A DNA stretch of 64,000 bases, taken from NCBI GenBank assembly GCA_002269645.1, contig NIVC01000487.1:392298-456297 (forward strand). Direction: 5' to 3'. This document shows, in pieces, positions 23,655-35,447 of this stretch. The number at the start of each line of letters is the position of its first letter. Within the stretch, counting starts at the first letter, position 1. Made by a program: the position numbers and the translations under genes. The notes beneath the pieces were generated by a model. That model was not told the DNA's origin. It did no database searches and saw only the letters and a program-made list of their open reading frames with translations. This DNA is from Macrostomum lignano (taxonomy: Eukaryota).

Positions 23655-23915
23655 ACACCATGTCCATGCACTATCAACCCCCTTAACCATGCCCGCAAAC
23701 CCACTTTAGTATAGGCGCGATTCTGATTGGCTGCGCAACTGACTTTCAAGCTAGCCACCCCACGCCATGTCCATGCACTATCAACCCCCTAAACCTAACC
23801 ACAACCCCACTCTATAGTATAGGCTCGATTCGGATTGGCTGTGCGACTGACCTTCAAGCCAGCCACCTCACGCCATGTTCATGCGCGAATAACCCCCCCC
23901 CACTAACCATGTCCA
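23655..23915. repeat. About 107-bp tandem duplication (about 2.4 copies) with ATTGG boxes
   Basis: CCATGTCCATGCACTATCAACCCC recurs at 23658 and 23765, and partially at 23873. Confidence 0.85.
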
Positions 23916-24344
23916 CAGCACCACTCTAGCAAAGGCATATATCACACCAGTTGCTCAGATATTTGCTGATCTGAATCTATGCAATGGATATCAATACAGA
24001 CGTTAGTAACCACACCAATGTCGTAATAAACTTTTGTGTGGCAAACTCAAGTTCTCGCAAAAGTGCTTAGCCTGATCTCTACACTCCATGCTTGTTGCTT
24101 GCCTGTCTGCGACACTTTTACCACATCATTTTTCTCATTTACTCGCTTTTTTGCATTATAAATATAAAGCAATAGCACATTTGGGTCATATTTCATTTTG
24201 GCAAAACATTTTTTCTCTCGCACAGCAGTGACTGCTGACGTTAATCTTAAAGTGCGCTTTTTAACAGCTTTTTCTAAAACGAAGATTTAAATCAAACCAA
24301 TAAAAAACAAAGAAAAGCTGTTCTTGGCCATCTATAAGCAGTCT

Positions 24345-24815
24345 GCATTGAGCTCTTGGCCACTTGAGCAGTCTGGTTGAGCTCTTGGCCATCTGAGCAA
24401 ACTGCATTGAGCTCTTGGTTATCTGAGCAGTATGAATTGAGCTCTTGGTTATCTGAGCAGTATGAATTGAGCTCTTGGTTATCTGAGCAGTATGAATTGA
24501 GCTCTTGGTTATCTGAGCAGTATGAATTGAGCTCTTGGTTATCTGAGCAGTATGAATTGAGCTCTTGGTTATCTGAGCAGTATGAATTGAGCTCTTGGTT
24601 ATCTGAGCAGTATGAATTGAGCTCTTGGTTATCTGAGCAGTATGATGAGCAGTATGAATTGAGCTCTTGGTTATCTGAGCAGTATGAATTGAGCTCTTGG
24701 TTATCTGAGCAGTATGAATTGAGCTCTTGGTTATCTGAGCAGTATGAATTGAGCTCTTGGTTATCTGAGCAGTATGAATTGAGCTCTTGGTCATCTGAGC
24801 AATCTGCATTGAGCA
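24345..24815. repeat. 30-bp minisatellite (GAGCTCTTGGTTATCTGAGCAGTATGAATT)n
   Basis: 30-nt periodicity. Confidence 0.95.
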
Positions 24816-25509
24816 CTGTACCAGTTAAGCAATAACTGTTACAATATGCCTGTCACATTAAAAAGACTAAGCCACAAGATTAAAATACCAAATAATATTT
24901 GATAGATTTGCAATCGACAACACAACCAAACAATACTAAATGTTCTACACATCAAGATCCAACCAATTCTAAAAAAAAATTATAGGAAACAAAAGCTTCT
25001 ATTCAGAGTATTCAAAACCTCATATCAGCAATGCTAGAAGCAGGACAAGTGCTTTATAAGCCAATATAAGAAAACTATTTCATATGAGGTCGTTTGCTGC
25101 GCTCTATCCGACCATACATTTTTAGCGGGTAGAATTAACTAAAAAAGCAAAACTACTCTAACGCATAGTTTTGTAAAGCCAAATACAAATAAAAATATTT
25201 CAAAGTATATTCTATAAAAGCTAAAATGCACTTGCTAAATTATAGCTACGAGTATGGGGCAAAGTTGAAATTGATCAAAATGGTGCCAACCAAACAGCTA
25301 AATCAAAACAGTGTTGTAGATAAACTATTTGAATGATACAAAAACATTTTGCGTGAAATAATTATTAAAGAAAAATATCACATTTCAATGGGCACAACAC
25401 ATCTGACAGTGGGTACAGAACACCTGACACCTGACACAAGAGGCTGGACAATGGGCATAGTACACCTGACATTGAACACAGCACATAGGAAAAGACACAA
25501 CGGGTTGGA

Positions 25510-26890
25510 AACAACAGGCCAGACACAGTAGGCAAGACACAGTAGGCCAGACACAACAGGCCAGACAAAGTAGACCAGACACAGTAGGCCAGACACAACA
25601 GGCCAGACAAAGTAGACCAGACACAGTAGGCCAGACACAACAGGCCAGACAAAGTAGATCAGACACAGTAGGCCAGACACAACAGGCCAGACAAAGTAGA
25701 CCAGACACAGTAGGCCAGACACAACAGGCCAGACAAAACAGACAAGACACAACAGGACAGACACAACAGGCCAGACAAAACAGACAAGACACAACAGGCC
25801 AGACAAAACAGGCCAGACAAAACAGACAAGACACAACAGGACAGACACAACAGGCCAGACAAAACAGACAAGACACAACAGGCCAGACAAAACAGGCCAG
25901 ACAAAACAGACAAGACACAACAGGACAGACACAACAGGCCAGACAAAACAGACAAGACACAACAGGACAGACACAACAGGCCAGACAAAACAGACAAGAC
26001 ACAACAGGCCAGACAAAACAGGCCAGACAAAACAGGCCAGACAAAACAGACAAGACACAACAGGACAGACACAACAGGCCAGACAAAACAGACAAGACAC
26101 AACAGGACAGACACAACAGGCCAGACACAACAGGACAGACACAACAGGCCAGACAAAACAGACAAGACACAACAGGACAGACACAACAGGCCAGACAAAA
26201 CAGACAAGACACAACAGGACAGACACAACAGGCCAGACAAAACAGACAAGACACAACAGGACAGACACAACAGGACAGACACAACAGGCCAGACACAACA
26301 GGACAGACACAACAGGACAGACACAACAGGCCAGACAAAACAGACAAGACACAACAGGACAGACACAACAGGCCAGACAAAACAGACAAGACACAACAGG
26401 ACAGACACAACAGGCCAGACAAAACAGACAAGACACAACAGGACAGACACAACAGGCCAGACAAAACAGACAAGACACAACAGGACAGACACAACAGGCC
26501 AGACAAAACAGACAAGACACAACAGGACAGACACAACAGGCCAGACAAAACAGACAAGACACAACAGGACAGACACAACAGGCCAGACAAAACAGACAAG
26601 ACACAACAGGACAGACACAACAGGCCAGACAAAACAGACAAGACACAACAGGACAGACACAACAGGCCAGACAAAACAGACAAGACACAACAGGACAGAC
26701 ACAACAGGCCAGACAAAACAGACAAGACACAACAGGACAGACACAACAGGCCAGACAAAACAGACAAGACACAACAGGACAGACACAACAGGCCAGACAA
26801 AACAGACAAGACACAACAGGACAGACACAACAGGCCAGACAAAACAGACCAAACACAACAGACCAGACACAACAGGCCAAACACAAGAAA
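25510..26890. repeat. 14-bp-monomer minisatellite with 42-bp higher-order unit (ACACAACAGGACAG ACACAACAGGCCAG ACAAAACAGACAAG)
   Basis: Three 14-nt variants repeat in fixed order; the + strand is essentially T-free from about 25730 to 26890. Confidence 0.93.
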
Positions 26891-27789
26891 CCAATCATTG
26901 CGATTCTGCACGCCACTCAACCCTAGAAAGACGCCAAGTGAAAAAACTGCTTATTAAAAAATCAAATAAAAAAATCGCAATGAAAATGATGGCGCCAAAC
27001 AGTTGCTAGGCAAGTTTCAGCCTGTGAAAACTGATTGTAGGCTGCGAAAAAAAAGCGAGCATAAAAGACATATGGCTCCTAGATGGAGAAAAAATCCGCT
27101 TACAACAGCTAGTGGGCGATTCAGATTAAAATATTAAGAAGCCCGTCCCCGTTCAATCAGGCGAAAATACTGGGATAGCCCCAGGTGCGCGGCTCGACCA
27201 ATTAAATCAAATTTTCTACCTACAAAATATTGACAAAATTGCGCTAGAAATTTTGCTGGCCTAGCCTAAAGCTTAGCTTTCTATTTTTTCTTTTAAAAGT
27301 AGAAATTCTATTAAGTAGACAGGGACAAATCTCATATATGAAACACTAGATAGGCCACTTCCTCAGCATAATCCGTATGATCATTGGTTCAGAGCTTTTG
27401 TCTATGGCCCAAACCGATAGATCCAATGTGTCATTGCAATTAGCACTCAATTGCCCCCAGAACAAGCATAGCATAGGTAATAACTAGTGGCCTATCTAAT
27501 GTTGGGTTGAATCTAAAATATAAGTCTGCGGTGAGTATTAAAACACAATAAATAATACAAATTGATAAATTAAGTTACAACAGAGACTCTAAACTGCCTT
27601 ATTGAGCACGAGTACAGTTCACAGTGGCTAGGCCGGCGGTCTGAGCGAATACTCTTGCATTATTCTATCCAGACTTTGTCGGGAACCTGAAATGATTCAA
27701 ATTGGAATAGAATTGGAAACACAATATTATTAAACACTTGCGCTGTAAGCATATGAGATCCATAACTAAGTAAGATTGTATGGAAGCGG

Positions 27790-28750
27790 AGGCAGATTCA
27801 AAGACTGATTGATGGAGAGCTGAGAGGCAGATTCAAGAGAACTGATTGATGGAGAGCTGAGAGGCAGATTCAAGGACTGATTGAGGGAGAGCTGAGAGGC
27901 AGATTCAAGGACTGATTGATGGAGAGCTGAGAGGCAGATTCAAGGACTGATTGATGGAGAGCTGAGAGGCAGATTCAAGGACTGATTGATGGAGAGCTGA
28001 GAGGCAGATTCAAGGACTGATTGAGGGAGAGCTGAGAGGCAGATTCAAGGACTGATTGAGGGAGAGCTGAGAGGCAGATTCAAGGACTGATTGATGGAGA
28101 GCTGAGAGGCAGATTCAAGGACTGATTGAGGGAGAGCTGAGAGGCAGATTCAAGGACTGATTGAGGGAGAGCTGAGAGGCAGATTCAAGGACTGATTGAG
28201 GGAGAGCTGAGAGGCAGATTCAAGGACTGATTGATGGAGAGCTGAGAGGCAGATTCAAGGACTGATTGATGGAGAGCTGAGAGGCAGATTCAAGGACTGA
28301 TTGAGGGAGAGCTGAGAGGCAGATTCAAGGACTGATTGAGGGAGAGCTGAGAGGCAGATTCAAGGACTGGTTGATGGAGAGCTGAGAGGCAGATTCAAGG
28401 ACTGATTGAGGGAGAGCTGAGAGGCAGATTCAAGGACTGATTGATGGAGAGCTGAGAGGCAGATTCAAGGACTGATTGAGGGAGAGCTGAGAGGCAGATT
28501 CAAGAACTGATTGAGGGAGAGCTGAGAGGCAGATTCAAGGACTGATTGAGGGAGAGCTGAGAGGCAGATTCAAGGACTGATTGATGGAGAGCTGAGAGGC
28601 AGATTCAAGGACTGATTGAGGGAGAGCTGAGAGGCAGATTCAAGAACTGATTGAGGGAGAGCTGAGAGGCAGATTCAAGGACTGATTGAGGGAGAGCTGA
28701 GAGGCAGATTCAAGAACTGATTGAGTGAGCTGAGAGGCAGATTCAAGGAC
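27790..28750. repeat. 35-bp minisatellite (ACTGATTGATGGAGAGCTGAGAGGCAGATTCAAGG)n downstream of ASPG
   Basis: 35-nt periodicity, about 27 copies. Confidence 0.95.
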
Positions 28751-28845
28751 AGATTCAAAGTAGTAGTTGCACTTTGAATAAAAGCGCCGGAGCAGCATAC
28801 AAAGCTTTACGCACCGCAACAGCCTCAACAGCCCTAAAAAAGGAA

Positions 28846-29532
28846 TCAGGCATAATCGGGCAGCGTTTCCAAGAAAGCGGTCACGGTGTCGCAGCCGCGG
28901 TCCCTGGCCAGCTGCAGCGGCGACCGGCCGAGCAAGTCGAGCGGCTTGGCCGGCACCCGGACCTCGCGGCAGAGAAATCGCACCACATGCAGGTGGCCGT
29001 GCAAAGCGGCCGTGTGCAGCGGAGTGAAGCGGTTGTAGTCGGTGAGGCGCAGGTCCGACCCGGCGGTCCAGTGCATTCGCAGGGAGGCCAAATCGCCGGT
29101 TGCAGCCAGGGCGTTCAGCCGGGAGCCAGTCTGGGCCAGGGAGCGGCCGCTGGCGCCACCAACGCTGGCTAGCAGCTGGGCGAGCTCGGCGTCGCCTCGG
29201 TCTAGCGCAATGTCCAAGGCGGTGCGGCAGCGCTCGTCCTTGGCGTGCAGAGCGGCGCCGCGGTGCAGCAGATAGCGGACCATGTCGGTGCGGCCGTGAG
29301 CGGCGGCCAGGTGAAGCGGGCCGGCGCGGAATTTATATTTGCCGGAGTTCAACGTGGCCAAGTTGAACTCGCTGCCGCGGAGCAGCTGCTCAGCCCGGTC
29401 AAAGTGGCCGGAGACAGCCAGGGCGTTGAGCAGGGCCGGGGCAAAGTAGTCGCGCGACAGGGTGATACCGGCGAATGCGCACTGGTCGGATAGGTGGGCG
29501 CACATGCGGTCTAGCAGGGCCGGCTGGTCGGT
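28846..29532 (-). CDS. ASPG: L-asparaginase / 60-kDa lysophospholipase, exon 4 (ankyrin repeats)
   Basis: Acceptor CCGCAG|ACC in phase 0; ankyrin motifs PLHLAAAHGRTDMVRYLLHRGA and DYNRFTPLHTAALHGHLHVVRFL; stop at 28846. Confidence 0.85.
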   Translation of the reverse strand, partial: TDQPALLDRMCAHLSDQCAFAGITLSRDYFAPALLNALAVSGHFDRAEQLLRGSEFNLATLNSGKYKFRAGPLHLAAAHGRTDMVRYLLHRGAALHAKDERCRTALDIALDRGDAELAQLLASVGGASGRSLAQTGSRLNALAATGDLASLRMHWTAGSDLRLTDYNRFTPLHTAALHGHLHVVRFLCREVRVPAKPLDLLGRSPLQLARDRGCDTVTAFLETLPDYA

Positions 29533-29807
29533 CTGCGGATGGCGAGCCAATTCAGGCATATGGAGATAGGGCGGGAATGCAAAGGGGATGCTATGGCCTA
29601 GTTACTAGGTCACGGAAGCGCTTTAGGCGAGGAGGCTAGCAGTCATGCCCGTTTTGCTGACCCCTGAGTACGCACATGCATTATACGTAAGCAGGCACAC
29701 GCAGTCACAGGTTGTACAGCGACCTTAACTTTCGTATTGATAGGCATGTAAACACTCTGCGCCTTGGGGCTTGGATCTCCGGGCCAAACCAATGTGGTCT
29801 ACTACAG

Positions 29808-30440
29808 AATGGGAGCTGCAAAAAGGGAAGATGGAATGGGAGCTACAGATAGGCAAGATGGAATGGGAGCTACAGATAGGGAAGATGGAATGGGAGCTAC
29901 AGATAGGCAAGATGGAATGGGAGCTACAGATAGGGAAGATGGAATGGGAGCTACAGATAGGGAAGATGGAATGGGAGCTACAGAAGGGGAAGATGGAATG
30001 GGAGCTACAGATAGGGAAGATGGAATGGGAGCTACAGATAGGGAAGATGGAATGGGAGCTACAGATAGGGAAGATGGAATGGGAGCTACAGATAGGGAAG
30101 ATGGAATGGGAGCTACAGATAGGGAAGATGAAATGGGAGCTACAGATAGGGAAGATGGAATGGGAGCTACAGAAGGGGAAGATGGAATGGGAGCTACAGA
30201 TAGGGAAGATGGAATGGGAGCTACAGATAGGGAAGATGGAATGGGAGCTACAGAAGGGGAAGATGGAATGGGAGCTACAGAAGATGAGGATGGAATGGGA
30301 GCTACAGAAGGGGAAGATGGAATGGGAGCTACAGAAGGGGAAGATGGAATGGGAGCTACAGAAGGGGAAGATGGAATGGGAGCTACAGAAGGGGAAGATG
30401 GGATGGAATGGGAGCTGCAAATGAGATGGAATGGGAGCTG
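29808..30440. repeat. 27-bp minisatellite (GAATGGGAGCTACAGATAGGGAAGATG)n in ASPG intron 3
   Basis: 27-nt periodicity, about 23 copies. Confidence 0.95.
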
Positions 30441-30579
30441 CAGAAGGGAAGGTGGGATTGGCGAAGATACAGCGGCGATGGATGGAGACTGAATCTATCT
30501 TAAATAAAAATGACATGCCACACAAGCAAGCTACTGCAAGTAGGCACACAGAGAACGGTAGAATAAATGAGCACTCAAC

Positions 30580-31020
30580 CCGAGCCTGATCAATCGGGGC
30601 GCGCCTCTCGCCGTCCTGCTCGACGCCTTCGGAAAAGTCGGCAACGGAGGTGGCCTCGCCGCGAAGGCTTCGCTGTAATTTGCGCCGCTTGTGCTCCAGC
30701 GGCCAGTCCTCCTTGCTGAGCACGTAGGCCAGCTTGGACAGAGCCGCCTCCGGGACCATGTCGGCGCCGGACAGGACACCGGCCTCGGCCAGCACCTGTC
30801 CGGTGCGATAGATGACGGAGACTGGGCCGCGCTGGCACTGGGATATGTTAACAACCAGCACGCCGCGGTCGCTGGCCTCGCGCAGTGCGGCCAGCATAGA
30901 GTCATTAATTGGGAAATTTCCGGCTCCGTAGGATTGCAGCACCAAGCCGCGGATTGGCGGCTTGAGGAACTCGCAGATTAGCTGCGTTGTCATGGAGGGG
31001 AACAGGCGGAGTAGGATCAC
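30580..31020 (-). CDS. ASPG: L-asparaginase, exon 3 (asparaginase C-terminal domain)
   Basis: VILLRLFP...GLVLQSYGAGNFP...VVNISQC...DMVPEAALSKLAYVL; acceptor TTGCAG|GTG, donor CGG|GTTGAG; 147 codons, phase 0 at both ends. Confidence 0.87.
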
Positions 31021-31109
31021 CTGCAATTCGAATTTGGGTTAGTAACGGTATTAACTGTGCAGCAACTGATCTGAAATGAGCAATCAATCATGTTGTCTTT
31101 TGTGAGTAT

Positions 31110-33530
31110 GCACGCGTTCACACCTGTCTTTCATGACTATCTACCAGTGTTCACACCTGTCTTTCATGACTATCTACCAGTGTTCACGCCTGTCTTTCAT
31201 GACTATCTGCCAGTGTTCACGCCTGTCTTTCATGACTATCTGCCAGTGTTCACGCCTGTCTTTCATGACTATCTACCAGTGTTCACGCCTGTCTTTCATG
31301 ACTATCTGCCAGTGTTCACGCCTGTCTTTCATGACTATCTGCCAGTGTTCACGCCTGTCTTTCATGACTATCTACCAGTGTTCACGCCTGTCTTTCATGA
31401 CTATCTACCAGTGTTCACGCCTGTCTTTCATGACTATCTGTACCAGTGTTCACGCCTGTCTTTCATGACTATCTACCAGTGTTCACGCCTGTCTTTCATG
31501 ACTATCTACCAGTGTTCACGCCTGTCTTTCATGACTATCTGCCAGTGTTCACGCCTGTCTTTCATGACTATCTACCAGTGTTCACGCCTGTCTTTCATGA
31601 CTATCTACCAGTGTTCACGCCTGTCTTTCATGACTATCTACCAGTGTTCACGCCTGTCTTTCATGACTATCTGCCAGTGTTCACGCCTGTCTTTCATGAC
31701 TATCTACCAGTGTTCACGCCTGTCTTTCATGACTATCTACCAGTGTTCACGCCTGTCTTTCATGACTATCTGTACCAGTGTTCACGCCTGTCTTTCATGA
31801 CTATCTACCAGTGTTCACGCCTGTCTTTCATGACTATCTACCAGTGTTCACGCCTGTCTTTCATGACTATCTGCCAGTGTTCACGCCTGTCTTTCATGAC
31901 TATCTACCAGTGTTCACGCCTGTCTTTCATGACTATCTACCAGTGTTCACGCCTGTCTTTCATGACTATCTACCAGTGTTCACGCCTGTCTTTCATGACT
32001 ATCTGCCAGTGTTCACGCCTGTCTTTCATGACTATCTGCCAGTGTTCACGCCTGTCTTTCATGACTATCTACCAGTGTTCACGCCTGTCTTTCATGACTA
32101 TCTGCCAGTGTTCACGCCTGTCTTTCATGACTATCTGCCAGTGTTCACGCCTGTCTTTCATGACTATCTACCAGTGTTCACGCCTGTCTTTCATGACTAT
32201 CTACCAGTGTTCACGCCTGTCTTTCATGACTATCTACCAGTGTTCACGCCTGTCTTTCATGACTATCTGTACCAGTGTTCACGCCTGTCTTTCATGACTA
32301 TCTACCAGTGTTCACGCCTGTCTTTCATGACTATCTACCAGTGTGCACGCCTGTCTTTCATGACTATCTACCAGTGTTCACGCCTGTCTTTCATGACTAT
32401 CTACCAGTGTTCACGCCTGTCTTTCATGACTATCTACCAGTGTTCACGCCTGTCTTTCATGACTATCTGTACCAGTGTTCACGCCTGTCTTTCATGACTA
32501 TCTACCAGTGTTCACGCCTGTCTTTTATGACTATCTACCAGTGTTCACGCCTGTCTTTCATGACTATCTACCAGTGTTCACGCCTGTCTTTTATGACTAT
32601 CTACCAGTGTTCACGCCTGTCTTTCATGACTATCTGTACCAGTGTTCACGCCTGTCTTTCATGACTATCTACCAGTGTTCACGCCTGTCTTTTATGACTA
32701 TCTACCAGTGTTCACGCCTGTCTTTCATGACTATCTGTACCAGTGTTCACGCCTGTCTTTCATGACTATCTACCAGTGTTCACGCCTGTCTTTCATGACT
32801 ATCTACCAGTGTTCACGCCTGTCTTTCATGACTATCTGTACCAGTGTTCACGCCTGTCTTTCATGACTATCTACCAGTGTTCACGCCTGTCTTTCATGAC
32901 TATCTACCAGTGTTCACGCCTGTCTTTCATGACTATCTACCAGTGTTCACGCCTGTCTTTCATGACTATCTGTACCAGTGTTCACGCCTGTCTTTCATGA
33001 CTATCTACCAGTGTTCACGCCTGTCTTTCATGACTATCTGTACCAGTGTTCACGCCTGTCTTTCATGACTATCTACCAGTGTTCACGCCTGTCTTTCATG
33101 ACTATCTACCAGTGTTCACGCCTGTCTTTCATGACTATCTGTACCAGTGTTCACGCCTGTCTTTCATGACTATCTACCAGTGTTCACGCCTGTCTTTCAT
33201 GACTATCTACCAGTGTTCACGCCTGTCTTTCATGACTATCTACCAGTGTTCACGCCTGTCTTTCATGACTATCTACCAGTGTTCACGCCTGTCTTTCATG
33301 ACTATCTACCAGTGTTCACGCCTGTCTTTCATGACTATCTACCAGTGTTCACGCCTGTCTTTCATGACTATCTGTACCAGTGTTCACGCCTGTCTTTCAT
33401 GACTATCTGTACCAGTGTTCACGCCTGTCTTTCATGACTATCTACCAGTGTTCACGCCTGCCTTTCATGACTATCTACCAGTGTTCACGCCTGTCTTTCA
33501 TGACTATCTACCAGTGTTCACACGTGTCTT
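31110..33530. repeat. 33-bp minisatellite (CCAGTGTTCACGCCTGTCTTTCATGACTATCTA)n filling ASPG intron 2, about 73 copies
   Basis: 33-nt periodicity with interspersed 35-nt (+GT) variants. Confidence 0.97.
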
Positions 33531-33566
33531 TCACAAGTCCCCTACAGTTAAAATTATGGCTCGCAC

Positions 33567-34292
33567 CTGATTGCACAGTGTATCGTGCACCCGGAATTTC
33601 CTAGTATGATCGGCTCCAAGCACCCGGTGCCAGTACACGTGCACATCAATGCCCAGCTTAGCCAACGGATTACAATTAGGCGAGGCGAATGCGTCAAAGT
33701 CGTTAGTTGAAATCTTCGTACACCGGTTGCCGCGCAACAACTCGTTATGAAAGAAGACGCAAACCTCGGGCACGCAGTAGAATCCAGCCAAGATTAATGC
33801 GCCTAGAAAGTTGTCGCGGCCATCGCTGCGGCATTCAATAATAGGAATCTGGGAGCCAGTGACAATAACCGGCTTGCCGAGATTCTCAAGCAGGAAGGAC
33901 AGAGCCGAGGCTGTATAGCACATCGTGTCCGTGCCGTGCAGTATGACAAAGCCGTCAAAGAAGTCGTACTCAAGGCCAATATCGGCCGCTATGCGCAGGT
34001 GATCGTCCATGGTCATGTCGGACGAGTCTAGCAGCGGCTCGTACTCGTAGATGACGTACAACAGGGTCCGGTTGCCAACGCTAGTGGGCAGAGCGAATGG
34101 CAGGTCAACGGCGCCCAGACTGGTGTCAGTGGCGATCTCCCAATCGTCCTCGGTCATTAGGGAGCGCAGGCATTGGTTATCGTGCAATACCTTTGTGTGG
34201 CGAATAGCATCTCCCAGGTAATTGGCTACGGGTACGTAGGCGCCGTTCTCTGATTTCATACCGATTGTGCCGCCAGTGTACAGTACCAGGAC
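33567..34292 (-). CDS. ASPG: L-asparaginase, exon 2 (catalytic domain)
   Basis: YTGGTIGM and HGTDTM (both catalytic Thr motifs), LLDSSDM, TGSQIP, RGNRCTK, FASPN; acceptor CTCAG|GTC, donor CAG|GTGCGA; 242 codons. Confidence 0.93.
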
Positions 34293-34579
34293 CTGAGAGT
34301 AGAAGTTGAATAACAAATAGCCTTATATTACTTGATGATTTTCGCCCGGCGCTCCTACTGAATAGTAGCAAGATAAGAATGTGAAGCGAATCTTTATAGT
34401 GTACACAAAAACAGTTGCGCAATTTTAGGTAAACTAGCAATCATCGCCCCACGTTAGGGAGGCAACAGAGAGAGGAATTATATTTTTCGAATAAACTATA
34501 AATGTAGCATTTGACCTTTCACAGTCACAAAGTTAGTTTCTGAAGAAAAACATCTTTTTAAAGCAAAAACATGAACTTT

Positions 34580-34992
34580 CACATCTCAGCAGTTCCCTCA
34601 TGAGCCTTGAAATCTTAGTGATTCCCCCATGAGCCTTGACATCTCAGTGATTGCCCTATGAGCCTTGACATCTAAGCAGTTCCCCATGAACTTTGACATC
34701 TTCGCAGTTCCCCATAAGCCTTGACATCTTAGCAATTCCCCCATGAGCCTTGACCTCTCAGCAGTTCCCCCTGAGCCTTGACATCTCAGGGATTCCCCCC
34801 TGAGCCTTGACATCTAAGCAGTTCCCCATGAGCTTTGACATCTTCGCAGTTCCCCCATGAGCCTTGACATCTCAGCAGTTCCCCATGAGCCTTGACCTCT
34901 CAGCAGTTCCCCCTGAGCCTTGACATCTCAGGGATTCCCCCCTGAGCCTGGACATCTCAGCAATTTCCCCATGAGCCTGGACATCTCAGCAG
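34580..34992. repeat. About 29-bp degenerate minisatellite (GAGCCTTGACATCTCAGCAGTTCCCCAT) in ASPG intron 1
   Basis: Recurring GAGCCTTGACATCT core. Confidence 0.88.
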
Positions 34993-35114
34993 CCTGTAAT
35001 AATACTAAAATAAAGTAGATGTACCCGTACTGGCTTAGCAATAACCAAGGCCAATTCTGCTTAGCTTGGAAAGACGAAAAATATGGAAACGGGAGTTATG
35101 CTATAAACTTTTAC

Positions 35115-35447
35115 CTTTGACACCTTGGTTAGTGTCAGATCGAGCAGTTCCATAGCTTGGAAAGCCATAGTGAAGTTGAATTTTTTCAACTGCTTAGGCT
35201 GATAATTCTGGTCAATAGTGCTTTGAAACGGAGCCGACAGGCTGTGAACCCGGCCGCGGTGCTGCGCCTCGGCCAGCATGCGGGCCATCCGATCGCCGAA
35301 TTCCTTCTTACGCGATTGCAGCACCTTTGACGGGCTCATTGGAGTCTGTGAGGAGCTGGAGCTGCCAGTGGCAGCGGCGGCAGCTTCATTAGATTCCGAT
35401 GGCACAGCGCCGCTGTTGCTGCTGTCGGCAAATACTTCGGGATCCAT
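35115..35447 (-). CDS. ASPG: L-asparaginase, exon 1 (111-aa N-terminal extension)
   Basis: ATG at 35447, open frame, donor AAG|GTAAAA in phase 0 joining exon 2 in frame. No asparaginase motif in this exon, so the assignment rests on splice logic. Confidence 0.62.

Noticed and set aside
25378-26920. Three 411-512-aa Cys/Val/Leu-rich ORFs on the minus strand
   Set aside because: The minus strand of this array is almost A-free, so stop codons cannot occur; these are repeat translations.
29725-31026. 433-aa ORF read as a single asparaginase-repeat fusion
   Set aside because: It is ASPG exon 3 reading through its donor into the 27-bp intronic array; splicing at 30580 restores the normal ankyrin C-terminus.
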